A DNA stretch of 64,000 nt, from assembly GCF_009914755.1 (NCBI RefSeq), contig NC_060932.1; one strand, 5' to 3'. Every line of letters begins with the position of its first letter. Position 1 is the first letter of the stretch. Positions 57,601-64,000 of this stretch are shown in pieces. The translations under genes were made by a program, and so were the position numbers. This DNA comes from the human T2T-CHM13v2.0 reference genome, Homo sapiens. Below the pieces are notes generated by a model. The model made no database searches. It was given only the letters and a program-made list of their open reading frames with translations, and was not told the origin of the DNA.

Positions 57601-60600
57601 GCGAGATAGAAGTAATCTCAGAAACATGTTTATGCTGTATCTACTCAACTAACTGTGCTGAACATTTCTATTGATAGAGCAGTTTTGAGACACTCTTCTT
57701 TTGGAATCTGCAAGTGGATATTAGGATAGATTTGAGGATTTCGTTGGAAACGGGATTATATATCAAAAGTAGACAGCAGCATTCTCAGAAACTTCTTTGT
57801 GATGTTTGCATCCAGCTCTCAGAGTTGAACATTCCCTTTCATAGAGTAGGTTTGAAACCCTCTTTTTATAGTGTCTGGAAGCGGGCATTTGGAGCGCTTT
57901 CAGGCCTATGCTGAAAAAGGAAATATCTACCTATAGAAACTAGACAGAAGCATTCTGAGAATCACGTTTGTGATGTGGGTACTCAACTAACAGTGTTGAT
58001 CCATTCTTTTGATACAGCAGTTTTGAACCACATTTTTTGTAGAATCTGCAAGTGGATATTTGGATAGCTGTGAGGATTTCCTTGGAAACGGGAATGTCTT
58101 CATAGAAAATTTAGACAGAAGCATTTTCAGAACTTTGATTGTGATGTGTGTTCTCCACTAACAGAGTTGAACCTTTCTTTTGACAGAACTGTTCTGAAAC
58201 ATTCTTTTTATAGAATCTGGAAGTGGATATTTGGAAAGCTTTGAGGATTTCGTTGGAAACGGGAATATCTTCAAATCAAATCTAGCCAGAAGCATTCTAA
58301 GAAACATCTTAGGGATGTTTACATTCAAGTCACAGAGTTGAACATTCCCTTTCACAGAGCAGGTTTGAAACAATCTTCTCGTACTATCTGGCAGTGGACA
58401 TTTTGAGCTCCTTGGGGCCTATGCTGAAAAAGGAAATATCTTCCGACAAAAACTAGACAGAAGCATTCGCAGAATCACGTTTGTGATGTGTGCACTCAAC
58501 TGTCAGAATTGAACCTTGGTTTGGACAGAGCACTTTTGAAACACTCTTTTTGTAGAATCTGCAGGTGGATATTTGGCTAGCTTTGAGGATTTCGTTGGAA
58601 ACGGTAATGTCTTCAAAGAAAATCTAGACAGAAGCATTCTCAGAAACACCTTCGTGATGTTTGCAATCAAGTCACAGAGTTGAACCTTCCGTTTCATAGA
58701 GCAGGTTGGAAACACTCTTTTTGTAGTATCTGGAAGTGGACATTTGGAGGGCTTTGTAGCCTATCTGGAAAAAGGAAATATCTTCCCATGAATGCGAGAT
58801 AGAAGTAATCTCAGAAACATGTTTATGCTGTATCTACTCAACTAACTGTGCTGAACATTTCTATTGATAGAGCAGTTTTGAGACACTCTTCTTTTGGAAT
58901 CTGCAAGTGGATATTTGGATAGATTTGAGGATTTCGTTGGAAACGGGATTATATATAAAAAGTAGACAGCAGCATTCTCAGAAACTTCTTTGTGATGTTT
59001 GCATCCAGCTCTCAGAGTTGAACATTCCCTTTCATAGAGTAGGTTTGAAACCCTCTTTTTATAGTGTCTGGAAGCGGGCATTTGGAGCGCTTTCAGGCCT
59101 ATGCTTAAAATAGGAAATATCTACCTACAGAAACTAGACAGAAGCATTCTGAGAATCACGTTTGTGATGTGGGTACTCAACTAACAGTGTTGATCCATTC
59201 TTTTGATACAGCAGTTTTGAACCACACTTTTTGTAGAATCTGCAAGTGGATATTTGGATAGCTGTGAGGATTTCGTTGGAAACGGGAATGTCTTCAAAGA
59301 AAATCTAGACAGAAGCATTCTCAGAAACACCTTCGTGATGTTTGCAATCAAGTCACAGAGTTGAACCTTCCGTTTCATAGAGCAGGTTGGAAACACTCTT
59401 ATTGTAGTATCTGGAAGTGGACATTTGGAGCGCTTTCAGGCCTATGGTGAAAAAGGAAATATCTTCCCATAAAAACGACATAGAAGCTATCTCAGGAACT
59501 TGTTTATGATGCATCTAATCAACTAACAGTGTTGAACCTTTGTACTGACAGAGCAGTTTGAAACACTCTTTTTTTGGAATCTGCAAGTGGATATTTGGAT
59601 CGCTTTGAGGATTTCGTTGGAAACGGGATGCAATATAAAACGTACACAGCAGCATACTCAGAAAATACTTTGCCATATTTCCATTCAAGTCACAGAGTGG
59701 AACATTCCCATTCATAGAGCAGGTTTGAAACACTCTTTTTGGAGTATCTGGAAGTGGACATTTGGAGCGCTTTCTGAACTATGGTGAAAAAGGAAATATC
59801 TTCCAATGAAAACAACACAGAAGCATTCTGAGAAACTTATTTGTGATGTGTGTCCTCAACAAACGGACTTGAACCTTTCGTTTCATGCAGTACTTCTGGA
59901 ACACTCTTTTTGAAGATTCTGCATGCGGATATTTGGATAGCTTTGAGGATTTCGTTGGAAACGGGCTTACATGTAAAAATTAGACAGCAGCATTCTCAGA
60001 AACTTCTTTGTGGTGTCTGCATTCAAGTCACAGAATTGAACTTCCCCTCACATAGAGCAGTTGTGCAGCACTCTATTTGTAGTATCTCGAAGTGGACATT
60101 TGGAGGGCTTTGTAGCCTATCTGGAAAAAGGAAATATCTTCCCATGAATGCGAGATAGAAGTAATCTCAGAAACATGTTTATGCTGTATCTACTCAACTA
60201 ACTGTGCTGAACATTTCTATTGATAGAGCAGTTTTGAGACACTCTTCTTTTGGAATCTGCAAGTGGATATTTGGATAGATTTGAGGATTTCGTTGGAAAC
60301 GGGATTATATATAAAAAGTAGACAGCAGCATTCTCAGAAACTTCTTTGTGATGTTTGCATCCAGCTCTCAGAGTTGAACATTCCCTTTCATAGAGTAGGT
60401 TTGAAACCCTCTTTTTATAGTGTCTGGAAGCGGGCATTTGGAGCGCTTTCAGGCCTATGCTGAAAAAGGAAATATCTACCTATAGAAACTAGACAGAAGC
60501 ATTCTGAGAATCACGTTTGTGATGTGGGTACTCAACTAACAGTGTTGATCCATTCTTTTGATACAGCAGTTTTGAACCACACTTTTTGTAGAATCTGCAA

Positions 60601-63600
60601 GTGGATATTTGGATAGCTGTGAGGATTTCGGTGGAAACGGGAATGTCTTCATAGAAAATGTAGACAGAAGCATTCTCAGAACCTTGATTGTGATGTGTGT
60701 TCTCCACTAACAGAGTTGAACCTTTCTTTTGACAGAACTGTTCTGAAACATTCTTTTTATAGAATCTGGAAGTGGATATTTGGAAAGCTTTGAGGATTTC
60801 GTTGGAAACGGGAATATCTTCAAATAAAATCTAGCCAGAAGCATTCTAAGAAACATCTTAGGGATGTTTACATTCAAGTCACAGAGTTGAACATTCCCTT
60901 TCACAGAGCAGGTTTGAAACAATCTTCTCGTACTATCTGGCAGTGGACATTTTGAGCTCCTTGGGGCCTATGCTGAAAAAGGAAATATCTTCCGACAAAA
61001 ACTAGACAGAAGCATTCGCAGAATCACGTTTGTGATGTGTGCACTCAACTGTCAGAATTGAACCTTGGTTTGGACAGAGCACTTTTGAAACACTCTTTTT
61101 GTAGAATCTGCAGGTGGATATTTGGCTAGCTTTGAGGATTTCGTTGGAAACGGGAATGTCTTCAAAGAAAATCTAGACAGAAGCATTCTCAGAAACACCT
61201 TCGTGATGTTTGCAATCAAGTCACAGAGTTGAACCTTCCGTTTCATAGAGCAGGTTGGAAACACTCTTTTTGTAGTATCTGGAAGTGGACATTTGGAGCG
61301 CTTTCAGGCCTATGGTGAAAAAGGAAATATCTTCCCATAAAAACGACATAGAAGCTATCTCAGGAACTTGTTTATGATGCATCTAATCAACTAACAGTGT
61401 TGAACCTTTGTACTGACAGAGCAGTTTGAAACACTCTTTTTTTGGAATCTGCAAGTGGATATTTGGATCGCTTTGAGGATTTCGTTGGAAACGGGATGCA
61501 ATATAAAACGTACACAGCAGCATACTCAGAAAATACTTTGCCATATTTCCATTCAAGTCACAGAGTGGAACATTCCCATTCATAGAGCAGGTTGGAAACA
61601 CTCTTTTTGGAGTATCTGGAAGTGGACATTTGGAGCGCTTTCTGAACTATGGTGAAAAAGGAAATATCTTCCAATGAAAACAAGACAGAAGCATTCTGAG
61701 AAACTTATTTGTGATGTGTGTCCTCAACAAACGGACTTGAACCTTTCGTTTCATGCAGTACTTCTGGAACACTCTTTTTGAAGATTCTGCATGCGGATAT
61801 TTGGATAGCTTTGAGGATTTCGTTGGAAACGGGCTTACATGTAAAAATTAGACAGCAGCATTCTCAGAAACTTCTTTGTGGTGTCTGCATTCAAGTCACA
61901 GAATTGAACTTCCCCTCACATAGAGCAGTTGTGCAGCACTCTATTTGTAGTATCTCGAAGTGGACATTTGGAGGGCTTTGTAGCCTATCTGGAAAAAGGA
62001 AATATCTTCCCATGAATGCGAGATAGAAGTAATCTCAGAAACATGTTTATGCTGTATCTACTCAACTAACTGTGCTGAACATTTCTATTGATAGAGCAGT
62101 TTTGAGACACTCTTCTTTTGGAATCTGCAAGTGGATATTAGGATAGATTTGAGGATTTCGTTGGAAACGGGATTATATATCAAAAGTAGACAGCAGCATT
62201 CTCAGAAACTTCTTTGTGATGTTTGCATCCAGCTCTCAGAGTTGAACATTCCCTTTCATAGAGTAGGTTTGAAACCCTCTTTTTATAGTGTCTGGAAGCG
62301 GGCATTTGGAGCGCTTTCAGGCCTATGCTGAAAAAGGAAATATCTACCTATAGAAACTAGACAGAAGCATTCTGAGAATCACGTTTGTGATGTGGGTACT
62401 CAACTAACAGTGTTGATCCATTCTTTTGATACAGCAGTTTTGAACCACATTTTTTGTAGAATCTGCAAGTGGATATTTGGATAGCTGTGAGGATTTCGTT
62501 GGAAACGGGAATGTCTTCATAGAAAATTTAGACAGAAGCATTTTCAGAACTTTGATTGTGATGTGTGTTCTCCACTAACAGAGTTGAACCTTTCTTTTGA
62601 CAGAACTGTTCTGAAACATTCTTTTTATAGAATCTGGAAGTGGATATTTGGAAAGCTTTGAGGATTTCGTTGGAAACGGGAATATCTTCAAATCAAATCT
62701 AGCCAGAAGCATTCTAAGAAACATCTTAGGGATGTTTACATTCAAGTCACAGAGTTGAACATTCCCTTTCACAGAGCAGGTTTGAAACAATCTTCTCGTA
62801 CTATCTGGCAGTGGACATTTTGAGCTCCTTGGGGCCTATGCTGAAAAAGGAAATATCTTCCGACAAAAACTAGACAGAAGCATTCGCAGAATCACGTTTG
62901 TGATGTGTGCACTCAACTGTCAGAATTGAACCTTGGTTTGGACAGAGCACTTTTGAAACACTCTTTTTGTAGAATCTGCAGGTGGATATTTGGCTAGCTT
63001 TGAGGATTTCGTTGGAAACGGTAATGTCTTCAAAGAAAATCTAGACAGAAGCATTCTCAGAAACACCTTCGTGATGTTTGCAATCAAGTCACAGAGTTGA
63101 ACCTTCCGTTTCATAGAGCAGGTTGGAAACACTCTTTTTGTAGTATCTGGAAGTGGACATTTGGAGGGCTTTGTAGCCTATGTGGAAAAAGGAAATATCT
63201 TCCCATGAATGCGAGATAGAAGTAATCTCAGAAACATGTTTATGCTGTATCTACTCAACTAACTGTGCTGAACATTTCTATTGATAGAGCAGTTTTGAGA
63301 CACTCTTCTTTTGGAATCTGCAAGTGGATATTTGGATAGATTTGAGGATTTCGTTGGAAACGGGATTATATATAAAAAGTAGACAGCAGCATTCTCAGAA
63401 ACTTCTTTGTGATGTTTGCATCCAGCTCTCAGAGTTGAACATTCCCTTTCATAGAGTAGGTTTGAAACCCTCTTTTTATAGTGTCTGGAAGCGGGCATTT
63501 GGAGCGCTTTCAGGCCTATGCTTAAAATAGGAAATATCTACCTACAGAAACTAGACAGAAGCATTCTGAGAATCACGTTTGTGATGTGGGTACTCAACTA

Positions 63601-64000
63601 ACAGTGTTGATCCATTCTTTTGATACAGCAGTTTTGAACCACACTTTTTGTAGAATCTGCAAGTGGATATTTGGATAGCTGTGAGGATTTCGTTGGAAAC
63701 GGGAATGTCTTCAAAGAAAATCTAGACAGAAGCATTCTCAGAAACACCTTCGTGATGTTTGCAATCAAGTCACAGAGTTGAACCTTCCGTTTCATAGAGC
63801 AGGTTGGAAACACTCTTATTGTAGTATCTGGAAGTGGACATTTGGAGCGCTTTCAGGCCTATGGTGAAAAAGGAAATATCTTCCCATAAAAACGACATAG
63901 AAGCTATCTCAGGAACTTGTTTATGATGCATCTAATCAACTAACAGTGTTGAACCTTTGTACTGACAGAGCAGTTTGAAACACTCTTTTTTTGGAATCTG
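51665..64000 (+). repeat. (11-mer, 7-mer, 8-mer) 26-monomer super-unit of about 4417 bp, about 2.8 copies
   Basis: Starts are at 51665, 56083 and 60500. Shared variants are G51825/56243/60660 and T53616/58033/62450. Confidence 0.87.

Overview
The whole 64 kb window is human centromeric alpha-satellite: about 171 bp monomers, head-to-tail in one orientation, mostly alternating between CENP-B-box and pJalpha-type monomers (suprachromosomal family 2 style). It contains no genes. The parent higher-order repeat (HOR) is an 11-mer of about 1868 bp. Its deletion derivatives here are an 8-mer (1355-1356 bp), a 7-mer (about 1193 bp), and single 9-mer and 6-mer units. This set best fits the chromosome 8 array D8Z2; the assignment is from recalled knowledge and was not searched. 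Unit order is 8x16, 11, 8x7, 11, 11, 9, 6, 7, 7, 8, (7,8,8)x2, then (11,7,8) about 3 times. The most striking feature is a full-length, consensus-matching AluYa5 with target-site duplication. It inserted once into an 8-mer and was then copied by tandem duplication of a 4.4 kb three-HOR block. Other nested super-repeats (11,359 bp x2 and 4,417 bp x about 3), hybrid monomers and CENP-B box gains and losses record the recombination history of the array. Monomer numbering m1-m11 is my own, with m1 starting CATTCTGAGAATCACG.
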